Shown: piece after piece, positions 9,987 through 19,860 of the stretch
Layout of the letters: every line of letters starts with the position of its first letter
How positions within the stretch are numbered: position 1 is the first letter of the stretch
Origin: Candidatus Gottesmanbacteria bacterium RIFCSPLOWO2_01_FULL_43_11b
GTDB lineage: Bacteria; Patescibacteriota; Microgenomatia; UBA10105; UBA927
Assembly: GCA_001780985.1 (NCBI GenBank)
Contig: MFJV01000001.1
Span: 158,980-222,979, forward strand
Length of the DNA: 64,000 nucleotides
Direction: 5' to 3'
Program-made: the position numbers and the translations under genes
The notes under the pieces: model-generated
The model's database searches: none
What the model was told of the DNA's origin: nothing
What the model saw: the letters and a program-made list of their open reading frames with translations, nothing else

Positions 9987-10550
9987 CTAAACCTGTAGTA
10001 ATTCCGCTTCCTTACGTTCCCCAATCGTATCGATTTCTGCAATCATTTCATTAGTGAGTTCCTGAACTACTTTTTCGCCGTGTTTTCGTTCGTCTTCCGA
10101 AATAGTCGCGTCTGATTCTAGTTTTTTAAGGTGTTTCATCGCTTCTGCCCGTACTTGACGCACCATTATGCGTCCTGCTTCAAGTTTTGTACGTGCGAGC
10201 TTAATGTACTCTTGCCGGCGTTCCTCAGATAACGGGGGAAGTGTAATACGAATAATCTCTCCGTCGACGACCGGTGTAAACCCTGCATTTGCTTCCTGTA
10301 ATCCCCGTTCTATTTCAGCAATAATTGAGGGATCAAATGGCGCAATCACAATTGTTTTGGCCTCCATGGTTGTAATTGTCGCTAGTTCCTTAACTTTAAG
10401 TTTTTGCGATCCGCCATAGACGGAAATGATTATATTTTCAACAAGTGCTGATGTAGCACGACCGGAGCGAATTGAGGAAAGATCCGTATGCGTGACCTCG
10501 ATGGCTTTTTTCATCTGGTCACGGGCTTGGTTCGTAACAGGATCGATCAT
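9987..10550 (-). CDS. frr: ribosome recycling factor
   Basis: 187 aa. The pattern ...IISVYGGSQKLKVKELATI... is typical of RRF. Confidence 0.9.
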   Translation of the reverse strand: MIDPVTNQARDQMKKAIEVTHTDLSSIRSGRATSALVENIIISVYGGSQKLKVKELATITTMEAKTIVIAPFDPSIIAEIERGLQEANAGFTPVVDGEIIRITLPPLSEERRQEYIKLARTKLEAGRIMVRQVRAEAMKHLKKLESDATISEDERKHGEKVVQELTNEMIAEIDTIGERKEAELLQV

Positions 10551-11011
10551 TTATCTAATCCTAAAGCAATTCGACTGAATTTAGCAACTGCGATGTTTTC
10601 TCCGACTTTGGCGACGGTTTGTTTGACAAAATCTCCTATTGTCACCTTTGGATCACGGATATATTCTTCTTTGAGAAGTTCCGTGATGTTTTTGGGGTTC
10701 ATGGAGGCAACTTGTAAACAAATCTCGTGAGCAAGATGCTTAAATTCATCAGTTCGTGCAACAAAATCCGTCTCACAACGGAGTTCGACAAGAACACCAA
10801 TTTTACCATTTGCATGAACGTATGACTCAATAATCCCCTGTGATGTTTCTTTCCCTTCTTTCTTAGCAGCTTTCTCAAGCCCTCGTTCTGTGATGAGTTT
10901 CACAGCTTTTTCGAAGTCACCCTTTGCATCCTCAAGTGCCTGCCGGCAGTCAGAAACACCGGCTTGTGTTTTTTCTCTAAGTTTTTTTATATCATCAAGT
11001 TTTACTTGCAT
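10547..11011 (-). CDS. tsf: elongation factor Ts (short form)
   Basis: MQVKLDDIKKLREKTQAGVSDCRQALEDAKGDFEKAV (UBA-like N-terminus) and ...VELRCETDFVARTDEF. The upstream K/R-rich extension in the ORF track is the rpsB tail read in another frame, so the start is set at the internal Met. Confidence 0.85.
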   Translation of the reverse strand: MQVKLDDIKKLREKTQAGVSDCRQALEDAKGDFEKAVKLITERGLEKAAKKEGKETSQGIIESYVHANGKIGVLVELRCETDFVARTDEFKHLAHEICLQVASMNPKNITELLKEEYIRDPKVTIGDFVKQTVAKVGENIAVAKFSRIALGLDK

Positions 11012-11751
11012 CTTTTTTCTCCTTTTCCTTCGTCTCTTTCTTTTCTTCTTTCTTACTTTCTTTCTCTGTTTTTTCCCTTCCTTCTTTATATGCATCAGCG
11101 ATATATTTTGCAATGATTCGAATCGATCCTACCGCATCATCGTTTGCCGGGATGACAAAATTAATATCGGCCGGATCGGAATTAGTGTCAACCACACCGA
11201 CAATCGGGATCTCTCTGCGTTTCCCTTCACGGACTGCCGCGTCCTCTTTTCGTATATCGACGATAAAAAGTGCATCCGGAGGAGCATTGAGAGTAAGAAC
11301 CCCGCCATAAAATACGTTGAGTCTGCTTAGGTAGTGTCCAAGTTTCGTCTGTTCGTGCTTGGGAAACTTTTTCCATGCACCTGTTTTTTGCTCTTCTGCA
11401 AGTCTAATTATTTTTTTAATATTTTTGTGTACCTCATCCCAGTTGGTGAGGAATCCACCGATCCATCGTTGAGTCAGATATGGTGCACCGCAACTCTCTG
11501 CTAACTCTTTGACGATGCCACTTGCCTGGCGTTTGGTTGCGACAAAAAGCACAGTCCCGCCTCGTTGGGCAACTTCTTTGACAAATTGTGCTGCTGCCTC
11601 AAGACCTGTTTTTGTTTTGGCAAGGTCAATTATGTGGATGCCGTCTTTTTCGGCGTAAATAAATTCCGTTGCCTTTGGATTCCAGCGTTCGGCTTTATGC
11701 CCAAAATGGCACCCTGCTTCTAATAATTGTTGTAGTGTTATTTCTTCCATA
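10995..11751 (-). CDS. rpsB: 30S ribosomal protein S2
   Basis: MEEITLQQLLEAGCHFGHKAERWNPK... is the S2 signature. The likely start is the internal Met at 11751. The C-terminal tail is lysine-rich. Confidence 0.9.
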
Positions 11752-11778
11752 AAAAAAGGCGCAACACGCGCCAAAGTA
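11752..11778 (-). terminator. rho-independent terminator/attenuator between glyA and rpsB
   Basis: Minus strand: GGCGCG-tgtt-GCGCC followed by TTTTTTT. Confidence 0.55.
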
Positions 11779-11844
11779 ATTGACTACGTGTTCCTTATCT
11801 CCGCCACTCATGACCCTTTTGGGAGGAACACTTATGAGTGTGAG

Positions 11845-13152
11845 TTATGGGACAGGAAACTTCTTAGTTAATATTATAACATTTTTTCTTATTGTCGCAA
11901 GTTTTTTGTTTTTCATTAGCTCTACACGGGTTTTTTTGAGAAATAAACCGCGGTCTACTTTCTTTTCAGGCAGTCGGTAGTGCGAAACTTCAGCGATAAC
12001 TTGGGCAATCCATTTCCCAATTTGGTTCATTTGTTTTTCCTTCATACCGCGAGTGGTAATTGCCGGTGTTCCGAGACGGATGCCTGAGGGATAAAAGGGC
12101 GGATTCGGGTCATGCGGGACACTATTTTTGTTTACGACAATATTGGCTACCTCAAGCGCTTCTGCAACAATATTACCTACGACTTTTTGGGGACGAAGAT
12201 CAACAACCATAAGATGATTATCCGTGCCATCGGTCGTTAATGTTAACCCCTGATCCATCAACGTTTTTGCTAACACTTTTGCATTCATTACAATTTGCTT
12301 AGCATATGCGCGAAATGCCGGTGTTGATGCTTCTTTGAGCGCGATGGCAATTGCGGCAGTTACATTATCATGCGGCCCGCCCTGGAGAGCCGGGAATACT
12401 GCTTTGTCAATTTTGTCTCCCATCATTGGATCTTTTTTTATACCCTGATCAGTTACCATGAGCATGGCACCTCTTGGACCCCGTAAGGTTTTATGTGTCG
12501 TGGTCATAATAATGTCTGCATACGGAACAGGTGTGGGATGAACACCGCCGATTATCAGCCCCGTAATGTGGGAAATATCTGCAAGGAAATATGCACCAAC
12601 ACTGTCGCAAATTTCCTTCCACCGTTTCCAGTCATAAATCCTTGGATACGCTGTTGTTCCGACAACAATTATCTTAGGCTTTGTCATAATCGCAAGATCT
12701 GCTACTTTGTCCATATTAATTCTGCCGTCTTCTTCAACATCGTACTGTGCTGGTCGGAAATATTTTCCTGAGAACGTTACTTGCGGATGGCCGTGTGTCA
12801 GATGTCCGCCGGCAGAAAGCTTGAGCCCCATTATTACGTCTCCTGGGTTAAGGAGCGCAAAATATACCGCAGCATTTGCAGGTGAACCGGAATAGGGTTG
12901 AACATTAACGTGAGGAACTTTAAATAATTTTTTGGCCCGTTCTATTGCGATATCTTCAATTTCGTCGATATACGTATTCCCCTGGTAGTAACGTTTATGA
13001 GGGTACCCTTCAGAATATTTATTCGTAAGAACCGAACCTGTTGCTTCCCGTACAGCCTTCGAGGTGTAGTTTTCGCTGGGAATCATTTCCAAAACTTCCG
13101 ATTGACGCTTTTCTTCAAGTGCTATTAATGATGATATTTCTGCGTCTGCCAT
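11845..13152 (-). CDS. glyA: serine hydroxymethyltransferase
   Basis: 435 aa. Motifs HLTHGHP and TTTHKTLRGPRG (PLP-lysine region). Confidence 0.9.
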   Translation of the reverse strand: MADAEISSLIALEEKRQSEVLEMIPSENYTSKAVREATGSVLTNKYSEGYPHKRYYQGNTYIDEIEDIAIERAKKLFKVPHVNVQPYSGSPANAAVYFALLNPGDVIMGLKLSAGGHLTHGHPQVTFSGKYFRPAQYDVEEDGRINMDKVADLAIMTKPKIIVVGTTAYPRIYDWKRWKEICDSVGAYFLADISHITGLIIGGVHPTPVPYADIIMTTTHKTLRGPRGAMLMVTDQGIKKDPMMGDKIDKAVFPALQGGPHDNVTAAIAIALKEASTPAFRAYAKQIVMNAKVLAKTLMDQGLTLTTDGTDNHLMVVDLRPQKVVGNIVAEALEVANIVVNKNSVPHDPNPPFYPSGIRLGTPAITTRGMKEKQMNQIGKWIAQVIAEVSHYRLPEKKVDRGLFLKKTRVELMKNKKLATIRKNVIILTKKFPVP

Positions 13153-13190
13153 GTCTCACATCATACGTAATTTCTTGGTACAATACAAAT

Positions 13191-13736
13191 ATGAAATATA
13201 TGGTCATTCTCATATGCGGTGGGTCCTGTTCCGGAAAATCTGTGTTTGCATCACTATTTCAAAACGCAGTGATTTTGCCTCAAGATCACTTTTATTATTC
13301 TAAATCGCAAATGAAATCTGACAACTACGACGTACCTGAGTCAATTGACATTGCTGAGTGCGCGGAAGCTGCGAAAATACTTAGTGAAGGAAAATCCGTA
13401 ACAATTCCTGTGTATGATATGAAAATTTCAGATCGGGTGGGAACGCAGACAATCACACCAAAACCCGATACGAAATTTGTTGTCGTTGAAGGAATTTTTA
13501 CCTTCCATGAGCCGCTCCGTGAACTTGGCGACCTTAAGATTTTCATTGACACACCGACGGAAATTCGAGTGGCTCGGCGAATGCTTCGGGATGAGGAAAA
13601 AGGAAGAAGTGAAATCGATACGCTTTCGTGGTCAATAACAGTAGAAAAATATCATCGCCAACATGTAGAACCCATGAAGAAATTCGCAGATCTTATTATC
13701 CCCTTTTCATATAATCCGGTGCGGTTTGGAGATTGA
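13191..13736 (+). CDS. udk: uridine kinase family (uridine/cytidine kinase-like) protein
   Basis: MKYMVILICGGSCSGKS P-loop, and a UDK-like body. Start chosen at the internal Met; the ORF-track start overlaps the glyA start on the opposite strand. Confidence 0.65.
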   Translation: MKYMVILICGGSCSGKSVFASLFQNAVILPQDHFYYSKSQMKSDNYDVPESIDIAECAEAAKILSEGKSVTIPVYDMKISDRVGTQTITPKPDTKFVVVEGIFTFHEPLRELGDLKIFIDTPTEIRVARRMLRDEEKGRSEIDTLSWSITVEKYHRQHVEPMKKFADLIIPFSYNPVRFGD

Positions 13737-13955
13737 TTAATACTGAACTTCTCGTTTTCCTCCTTTTCCTAATCGTTCCATAAATTGACGGTTATAATCC
13801 TCCGCGATTTTTGGATCGATATATAGAATATCATATCCCGAACCGTCGTCTTTTTGAATAAGATAGGCAACGCCGTTTCCATATCCTAAATCTTGAGGCC
13901 TAGGAAAAATTGTCTGTCCTCCATCCCCTTGTTGCCCTCCAACTTGTCGAGTCAT
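13737..13955 (-). CDS. hypothetical small protein
   Basis: 72-aa ORF between udk and tdk. No motif recognised. Confidence 0.3.
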   Translation of the reverse strand: MTRQVGGQQGDGGQTIFPRPQDLGYGNGVAYLIQKDDGSGYDILYIDPKIAEDYNRQFMERLGKGGKREVQY

Positions 13956-13970
13956 ACTTCTTCCTCCTTT

Positions 13971-14552
13971 CTATCGATAAATTTTGTGATCGGATTCACA
14001 GACAGCGATATATTTATCAGCCGCTCCTACAACCACTTGCCCTTTTCCGCCTTTGAGTCTTTCCGTATGTCTTGCAAGCGATCCGCAGCGCTGGCAAATT
14101 GCAAATAGTTCAAGTCGCTCGTCGGCAAGTCCTAATAGATCCGGTGTTGCACCGAAAGGTTTTCTTTGGTAATCATATAAAAGCCCCGCCGCAATCACAT
14201 GAATACCGGCAGCTTTGAGTTTGAGGGCAACATCAATTATTTTTCTTTTATCAAAAAACTGCACTTCGTCTAATATTACTTTGTTCGCTCCGGAAGAAAG
14301 TATGCTTTCTACAATGGTTGCGGGTTTTTGCCCATCGACGATGATTGCTTTGCTTCTTTTGTTATCATGGCTGTGAATTTCTGACTTTGCTCCATATCGA
14401 TTATCAATGGAGGGTTTGACTGTGAGGACTTTATATCCCATCCGTGTAAATACCTCGACCATCGCAACAAGTTTTCCTGTTTTACCCGAGAACATCGGTC
14501 CGGCAATAACAGTGAGCTTGCCCTTTTTTTTACTTCGCTTCATGTCATTCAC
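13971..14552 (-). CDS. tdk: thymidine kinase
   Basis: P-loop VIAGPMFSGKTGKL. C-terminal zinc ribbon CQRCG...VCESDH. Confidence 0.85.
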   Translation of the reverse strand: MNDMKRSKKKGKLTVIAGPMFSGKTGKLVAMVEVFTRMGYKVLTVKPSIDNRYGAKSEIHSHDNKRSKAIIVDGQKPATIVESILSSGANKVILDEVQFFDKRKIIDVALKLKAAGIHVIAAGLLYDYQRKPFGATPDLLGLADERLELFAICQRCGSLARHTERLKGGKGQVVVGAADKYIAVCESDHKIYR

Positions 14553-15205
14553 AATATCCCGTTTTGGGCAAAAACGTCAAGTACCTCTTTATGAATTTCT
14601 TCACGCGGCCTGATTTGACTATCTTTGGTACATTGAATCATTTTCCAGTGTGGATATCTTGCTACCAATGAAAGGTACAGTGTCTCAACTGTTTTGAGAA
14701 GTTCCGTATCTTTTTCATACGTATCTTTCGTATTTCCCCGTTTATCTATAAGCGACTGAGCTGACTCTACCGGCATGTGAAAATACAAAACAAGATTTTC
14801 TTTGGGAAGTCCGATAATTTCCTGCTCGAGTTTATACACCCACTCAATAAAGCTTTGTTGTTCACTTTGAGGGAGTTTTGCCGCGTGATAGACAGCACTG
14901 CTTGCAGTGTAACGGTTACTTAATACAATCTTCCCTCCTTCAAGCCACGAAATCACGTCATTTTTAATTTGCCACCTATCGCAGGCAAAAGGTAAAACAG
15001 CAAGTTTTGGAGGTATGTTTTCTCCTAATTTTCCAAGGAGAAGGTCTTCGGCAATGCTTCCGAAAAATGATTCTTTATACCTTGGGAAGTCAATTGTCGC
15101 ATGGGAAATATTGTGGTTGGTTAAGTAGCGAACCAAAAATTCCGCTTGAGTTTTCTTCCCCGATCCATCCGTTCCCTCAAAAACAATTAATTTCCCTTGC
15201 GTCAT
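14549..15205 (-). CDS. tmk: thymidylate (dTMP) kinase
   Basis: LIVFEGTDGSGKKTQ P-loop at the N-terminus. 4-nt overlap with tdk. Confidence 0.8.
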   Translation of the reverse strand: MTQGKLIVFEGTDGSGKKTQAEFLVRYLTNHNISHATIDFPRYKESFFGSIAEDLLLGKLGENIPPKLAVLPFACDRWQIKNDVISWLEGGKIVLSNRYTASSAVYHAAKLPQSEQQSFIEWVYKLEQEIIGLPKENLVLYFHMPVESAQSLIDKRGNTKDTYEKDTELLKTVETLYLSLVARYPHWKMIQCTKDSQIRPREEIHKEVLDVFAQNGIL

Positions 15206-15249
15206 AAGGTTATCTTATCATAGATCAATTTAGTGTATAATGGGGCGCC

Positions 15250-16224
15250 ATGACAAACCGTGAGACAATGACGTCGCAAGATGCCGTCGAAAGAGATGCA
15301 AGACTCGACAGCTGGCTTACAGAATTTCATAAAATCGTAGACCCAGAACTAGGAGTTTTGCGCTTCAACTTGAGAAAGTCCTGGGAACGATATGTTGAAG
15401 ACCATATTCACAGTCTTCTGCGCGACTTGCGTGATCCTGAAAATCGAATCAAACCAAAAACAGAAGATAATATAAAAATGATTCGCATACTCACGAGGGC
15501 TGACAGAAAATGGAAGATACTCTCGCAGCTCATTCGTCAGGGAGGGTTTATTGCTATATGGGATAATTCTCCTTTTGATGAAGAAGCTGAACACCGTTGG
15601 TTGAGAACCCGGGACGATTTTCCCAATCATTATTCTTTGAGAGTTGCTCATTCCAAACAATTGTTTGATTTATTGCAAACCCCGGTCTTCACATTGGACA
15701 CGGTCACCTTAGTCGATGGTCTACCGATAGAAAAACCAAAAACCATTGAAGACGCACAGGACAGAATCACACAGATGAGTGACAAGCAAATTTCCACTGA
15801 AACGGGTTGGGTTTTTGGGACCCAAGTAAAGTCCGGCGCATCCGTAACCCTCCTCAACAAAACTGGGATCACCTACCATGTTAAACCTGTTCTTCTATCA
15901 AACATCAATCGTTATCTTCAAACCGCATCATCGATTTTTGATGTGTCTGGAGGAATAGATTTAAGCTCTGTGCAGGCACGGACAGAATTTATTGATATGA
16001 ATGAGCCGGTAATGGTTTATAGTCACAATAATTACGCCGACACGGGGCAATTAACTCTGCGCGGTGAAGATATGAAAAGTCCTCTATTTGACCCTTTTTT
16101 TGCAGGTGTTCCAGTCCATGCTGTCAAAGCACTTCTTCCGCTGATTCCTGCAATTTATTTATTTGGAGACCCGTTTTACATGGAATCATCTTACATGGAA
16201 GCTAAAACCTCAAAAACGTCGTAA
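15250..16224 (+). CDS. hypothetical protein within the nucleoside-salvage cluster
   Basis: 324-aa ORF with non-repetitive, protein-like composition. No family recognised. Confidence 0.45.
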   Translation: MTNRETMTSQDAVERDARLDSWLTEFHKIVDPELGVLRFNLRKSWERYVEDHIHSLLRDLRDPENRIKPKTEDNIKMIRILTRADRKWKILSQLIRQGGFIAIWDNSPFDEEAEHRWLRTRDDFPNHYSLRVAHSKQLFDLLQTPVFTLDTVTLVDGLPIEKPKTIEDAQDRITQMSDKQISTETGWVFGTQVKSGASVTLLNKTGITYHVKPVLLSNINRYLQTASSIFDVSGGIDLSSVQARTEFIDMNEPVMVYSHNNYADTGQLTLRGEDMKSPLFDPFFAGVPVHAVKALLPLIPAIYLFGDPFYMESSYMEAKTSKTS

Positions 16225-16847
16225 ACAGTGGGGATCGAAACATCGGCCGCTGGATGTTTTTCAGTCGACCACACGAGACATGTTTTCATACCGAGTTTTT
16301 TAGCAGGAATCAGATCGACGTCAATCCGGTCGCCTATCATCAGATGTGTTTCAACCGGCTGTTGGGTCTTATCCAAAATATATTGGAATCCTTTCAGGCT
16401 TGGCTTTGTATCTCCAACTAGTTCCGCCGTAACAATCTCTGCAAAAAGTTCTTCCGGGACTCCAAGTGCATGCAAAGCCGGGATAATTTTCTTCTTTATT
16501 CCGTTGACGAATAGGAAATGAGTGTATGACGAAAGATTCATGAGCATTTGAATAAGCCGTTCATCACGTTTGAGATATTTCGTCCGATCATAATATGCTT
16601 CCATTTCAATTGCCGACTGCACTACAGAAAGATGAGATAATTTTGCGACAACCTGGGTAGCGCTCTTAAATTGTTTTTTATAGATCTCGTTGAACTTTTC
16701 GACTACTTTCTCCTTTGACCATCCAGCGTGATCAACAATGACACGGTACTCTGCTTCCCGAACATCGTTTTTGAGAGCTGGTATAAGTTTGTAAAATGTC
16801 CCATCAAAATCCCAAATGATTACTTTTATAGAAAAAAGTTTGGTCAT
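16191..16847 (-). CDS. HAD-superfamily hydrolase (possible nucleotidase)
   Basis: HAD motif I, VIIWDFDGTFY (DxDGT). Confidence 0.7.
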   Translation of the reverse strand: MTKLFSIKVIIWDFDGTFYKLIPALKNDVREAEYRVIVDHAGWSKEKVVEKFNEIYKKQFKSATQVVAKLSHLSVVQSAIEMEAYYDRTKYLKRDERLIQMLMNLSSYTHFLFVNGIKKKIIPALHALGVPEELFAEIVTAELVGDTKPSLKGFQYILDKTQQPVETHLMIGDRIDVDLIPAKKLGMKTCLVWSTEKHPAADVSIPTVYDVFEVLASM

Positions 16848-16851
16848 ACTT

Positions 16852-17532
16852 TTATGCTTCTAATTGTCCAAGGTGGAGTATTTGGCGAGAACTTCCCATA
16901 ATAGGCTTTCCGGCAAGTGCTTTTTTTACAGTTGACACAAGTTTTTCTCTCGCCTTTTTGTAATGCACGATATCTAAATGATTTGTTTTCACAATTAATA
17001 CCCGGATGGATTTATTTTCCCGTAACCATTTGTGATTGAGCATATCGAGGAGCTCTAAATAACTTGTAGAAATCTGCTGTTCGTAGGTCCTCCCGCGTTT
17101 TTTAATGCGAGTTTGTAAAACTTCTGTAGACGTTTCCAAAAAAACAATAAGGTCTGGCGCCCGCATAAATGGCTCGAATGCTTTATACACTTTAAGGTAA
17201 AGCCACCACTCTGCTTCATCCATATTTCCCAACACGTATTGGGCTTTTCCGTACGAGAGTGCATCCTGTTGGATCGGCGTATCCTGGACTATTGAATATT
17301 TCTCTAGAATTTTTATCGTCTCGAGCATTTGTTTTATTTTTTCCATGAGAAAAAACATTTGCGAATGAAACGCCCATCGCTTCATGTCTTTATAAAAACG
17401 GGGCAAAAAAGCATTTTCACCAAAATGTTCTTCTAACAATTTGAATTTCAACTCGTGCGCCAGCAATTTAGCTACTGTGGTTTTCCCGGCGCCAATAGTA
17501 CCCATGATTGAAATGTATATTCTCTTTTTCAT
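16852..17532 (-). CDS. deoxynucleoside kinase (dAK/dGK/dCK family)
   Basis: IYISIMGTIGAGKTTVAKLL P-loop. The dNK-like body includes a DRY-like region. Confidence 0.8.
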   Translation of the reverse strand: MKKRIYISIMGTIGAGKTTVAKLLAHELKFKLLEEHFGENAFLPRFYKDMKRWAFHSQMFFLMEKIKQMLETIKILEKYSIVQDTPIQQDALSYGKAQYVLGNMDEAEWWLYLKVYKAFEPFMRAPDLIVFLETSTEVLQTRIKKRGRTYEQQISTSYLELLDMLNHKWLRENKSIRVLIVKTNHLDIVHYKKAREKLVSTVKKALAGKPIMGSSRQILHLGQLEA

Positions 17533-17611
17533 GTAAAACTTGACAATATTCTAGCATATCTTTAGTATGAAGAGGTTAGGTTCTTTAAAAGAGGGCGGAA
17601 ATTGGAAAATT

Positions 17612-17770
17612 TAAAGCGTGTGGACCAGCCCCTCGCGAGGAGCTGGTATACGAGGAAGGGGAAAATCGAATAGCCCGCCAGTCGGCGGATAAATCTGCGG
17701 ATACCCCTTGGTAGCGCTCTCTACCACAACAATAGACAGAAATGACTATTGAGGAGCCCGTCTCTCTTTC
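17612..17770 (+). ncRNA. glmS ribozyme (GlcN6P-responsive self-cleaving riboswitch), 5' leader of glmS
   Basis: AGCGUGUGGACCAGC...GCUGG is a P1 hairpin. ACGAGGAAGG...AUCGAAUAGCCCGCCAGUCGGCGGAU matches the conserved core GACGAGGA...AUCGAAUU..CGGCGGAUGCC of the B. subtilis glmS ribozyme. It lies directly upstream of glmS. Confidence 0.55.
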
Positions 17771-17778
17771 TAAACTTC

Positions 17779-19551
17779 ATGTGTGGAATATTTGGCTACG
17801 TTGGTCCTAGCCCTCATGGTGCAAAGATAGTTCTTGAAGGTCTCAAACGACTTGAATATCGCGGTTACGATAGTTGGGGAGTTGCTGTTGTACCTGCTTC
17901 AAAGGGTAAAATTGTCGTAAAGAAAAAAGCCGGAAGAATAGGCAAAGCTAGTGTTTCTGATATGCCAAAAGGGTCTGTTGCGTTCGGGCATACCCGCTGG
18001 GCAACCCATGGAGGAGTTACCGATGTTAATGCACACCCTCACCTTGACTGCACAGGAAATCTTGCTGTCATTCACAATGGTATTTTTGAAAACTATGAGA
18101 GTATAAAGCAGGATCTTATTAAAAAAGGGCACCGTTTTATCTCCCAAACAGATACCGAAGTTATCGCCCACCTCATTGAAGAATATGCAAAGACCATGAT
18201 GTTAAGTAAGGCAGTGCAACGGGCGTATAACGAAATGGAAGGTCTTAACGCATTCATAGTTATCCAGACAAAAGAACACCTCCTCCTTGGGGTAAGAAAT
18301 GGGTCACCCTTAGTCGTCGGATTCGGAGATCCGGAAAATTATTTGGCAAGTGATGCTGCAGCGCTCATTCCCCATACCCGGCAGGTTCATTTTCTTGAAG
18401 ATGATCAAATGGTAATTGTTGGAACTGATCAGGTAAACATATTTAACGCAAGAACCGGTGAACGCATTCGTCCGCTTAAACAGAAACTTACCTGGTCAGC
18501 AGAGCAGGCAGAAAAAGGAAAATTCCCTTATTTCATGCTGAAAGAAATTTATGAACAGCCCGGGCTTATTTCAGAAATTGCCGGAGAATCAACGATCCAA
18601 GCCAAAAAAATTGCGGAGGTTCTTAAAAACGCACATGGCGCCTATATCGTTGGCTGCGGAACTGCCGGATATGCTGCTCTTGCTGCTCAATATCTCTTTT
18701 CAGCCATATCAAACAGACACGTTAACTCTGTTATTGGCAGCGAATTTGGCTACCTCCAAAATTTTCTCGTGAAAAGAAGTGCCGTACTTGCCCTTTCACA
18801 ATCCGGCGAAACCATGGATATTCTTGAGGGAGTCAAGAAAGCCAAAGACAAAGGTGCAAAAATTGTTTCTTTGGTTAATGTCGTCGGATCCTCGCTTTGG
18901 CGGTTATCAGATGTAAGACTCCCAATTGGTGTAGGGCCGGAGAAAGGGGTCGCATCTACCAAAGCATTCATCGGGAAACTTACCCATCTCATACTTCTCT
19001 CTTACGCAATGATAGGCAAAATTACCAAGGGTCAGCGGATACTCACGCGGGCTGCAAAAGCAGCAACCGAGGTTCTCAAAGAGCAGCGGGTGAGTAAAAT
19101 AATGAAACTTGCAAAAAAACTCAAAAATACGGAACATATTTTTGTTATCGGGAGAGGGCTTTCATATCCTGCGGCGCTTGAAACAGCGCTAAAAATTAAG
19201 GAAATTTCCTATATCCATGCCGAGGGCTTGGCCGCAGGGGAACTCAAACACGGCCCACTTGCGCTTGTGACGAAAGGCATTCCCTGCATCGTATTTGCAC
19301 CCAACGATGAAACACAGGGAGCAAATCTTGCGGGAGCCATGGAAATGAAAGCACGAGGTGCGTATATTATCGGGATCTCACCCAAAAAGCATGAGGTTTT
19401 TGATTATTATCTGCCGGTTAAAGACGTGGGAGAGGCAACAATTATTCCCAATGTCATCGTTGCCCAGCTTCTGGCGTACTATTTAGCAATAGAGCGCGGC
19501 TTCGACCCCGATATGCCGAGGAATCTAGCAAAAAGTGTAACAGTAAAATGA
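17779..19551 (+). CDS. glmS: glutamine--fructose-6-phosphate aminotransferase
   Basis: Starts MCGIFGYVG (N-terminal Cys nucleophile). Two SIS domains. Ends ...KSVTVK. Confidence 0.9.
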   Translation: MCGIFGYVGPSPHGAKIVLEGLKRLEYRGYDSWGVAVVPASKGKIVVKKKAGRIGKASVSDMPKGSVAFGHTRWATHGGVTDVNAHPHLDCTGNLAVIHNGIFENYESIKQDLIKKGHRFISQTDTEVIAHLIEEYAKTMMLSKAVQRAYNEMEGLNAFIVIQTKEHLLLGVRNGSPLVVGFGDPENYLASDAAALIPHTRQVHFLEDDQMVIVGTDQVNIFNARTGERIRPLKQKLTWSAEQAEKGKFPYFMLKEIYEQPGLISEIAGESTIQAKKIAEVLKNAHGAYIVGCGTAGYAALAAQYLFSAISNRHVNSVIGSEFGYLQNFLVKRSAVLALSQSGETMDILEGVKKAKDKGAKIVSLVNVVGSSLWRLSDVRLPIGVGPEKGVASTKAFIGKLTHLILLSYAMIGKITKGQRILTRAAKAATEVLKEQRVSKIMKLAKKLKNTEHIFVIGRGLSYPAALETALKIKEISYIHAEGLAAGELKHGPLALVTKGIPCIVFAPNDETQGANLAGAMEMKARGAYIIGISPKKHEVFDYYLPVKDVGEATIIPNVIVAQLLAYYLAIERGFDPDMPRNLAKSVTVK

Positions 19552-19554
19552 TAC

Positions 19555-19860
19555 CTAACGGATTTCAGGAGAACCGACAAGTGTGACGTTTCCATACTCC
19601 GGAACTGAAGCATTCAATCGCCCTCCTTCAGTCATTTGTCCGACGCGTCCACCAAAATAGTTAACATTTCCATTATCTGATACCTGTACTTCTTCTCCCC
19701 AATGGAACGTCGCGGTTTCTCCGTCCACGACAACACGCAATCCATCAGCAATTCTTACGTCTCCAAGTAAAAATTCATGAATTCCCTGTAAAAGCTCTTG
19801 GTCAATAGGGGCAAATCCTTCTCCAGTTTGATAAATAGTTCCGCTTATGGTTGTTTTCAT
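19555..19860 (-). CDS. hypothetical protein co-transcribed with the ThyA-like gene
   Basis: 101 aa. 4-nt overlap with the upstream gene. Confidence 0.4.
   Translation of the reverse strand: MKTTISGTIYQTGEGFAPIDQELLQGIHEFLLGDVRIADGLRVVVDGETATFHWGEEVQVSDNGNVNYFGGRVGQMTEGGRLNASVPEYGNVTLVGSPEIR

Noticed and set aside
10547-11113. K/R-rich 34-aa N-terminal extension of the tsf ORF
   Set aside because: It is the lysine-rich C-terminal tail of rpsB read in another frame. The EF-Ts homology begins at the internal Met (MQVKL).
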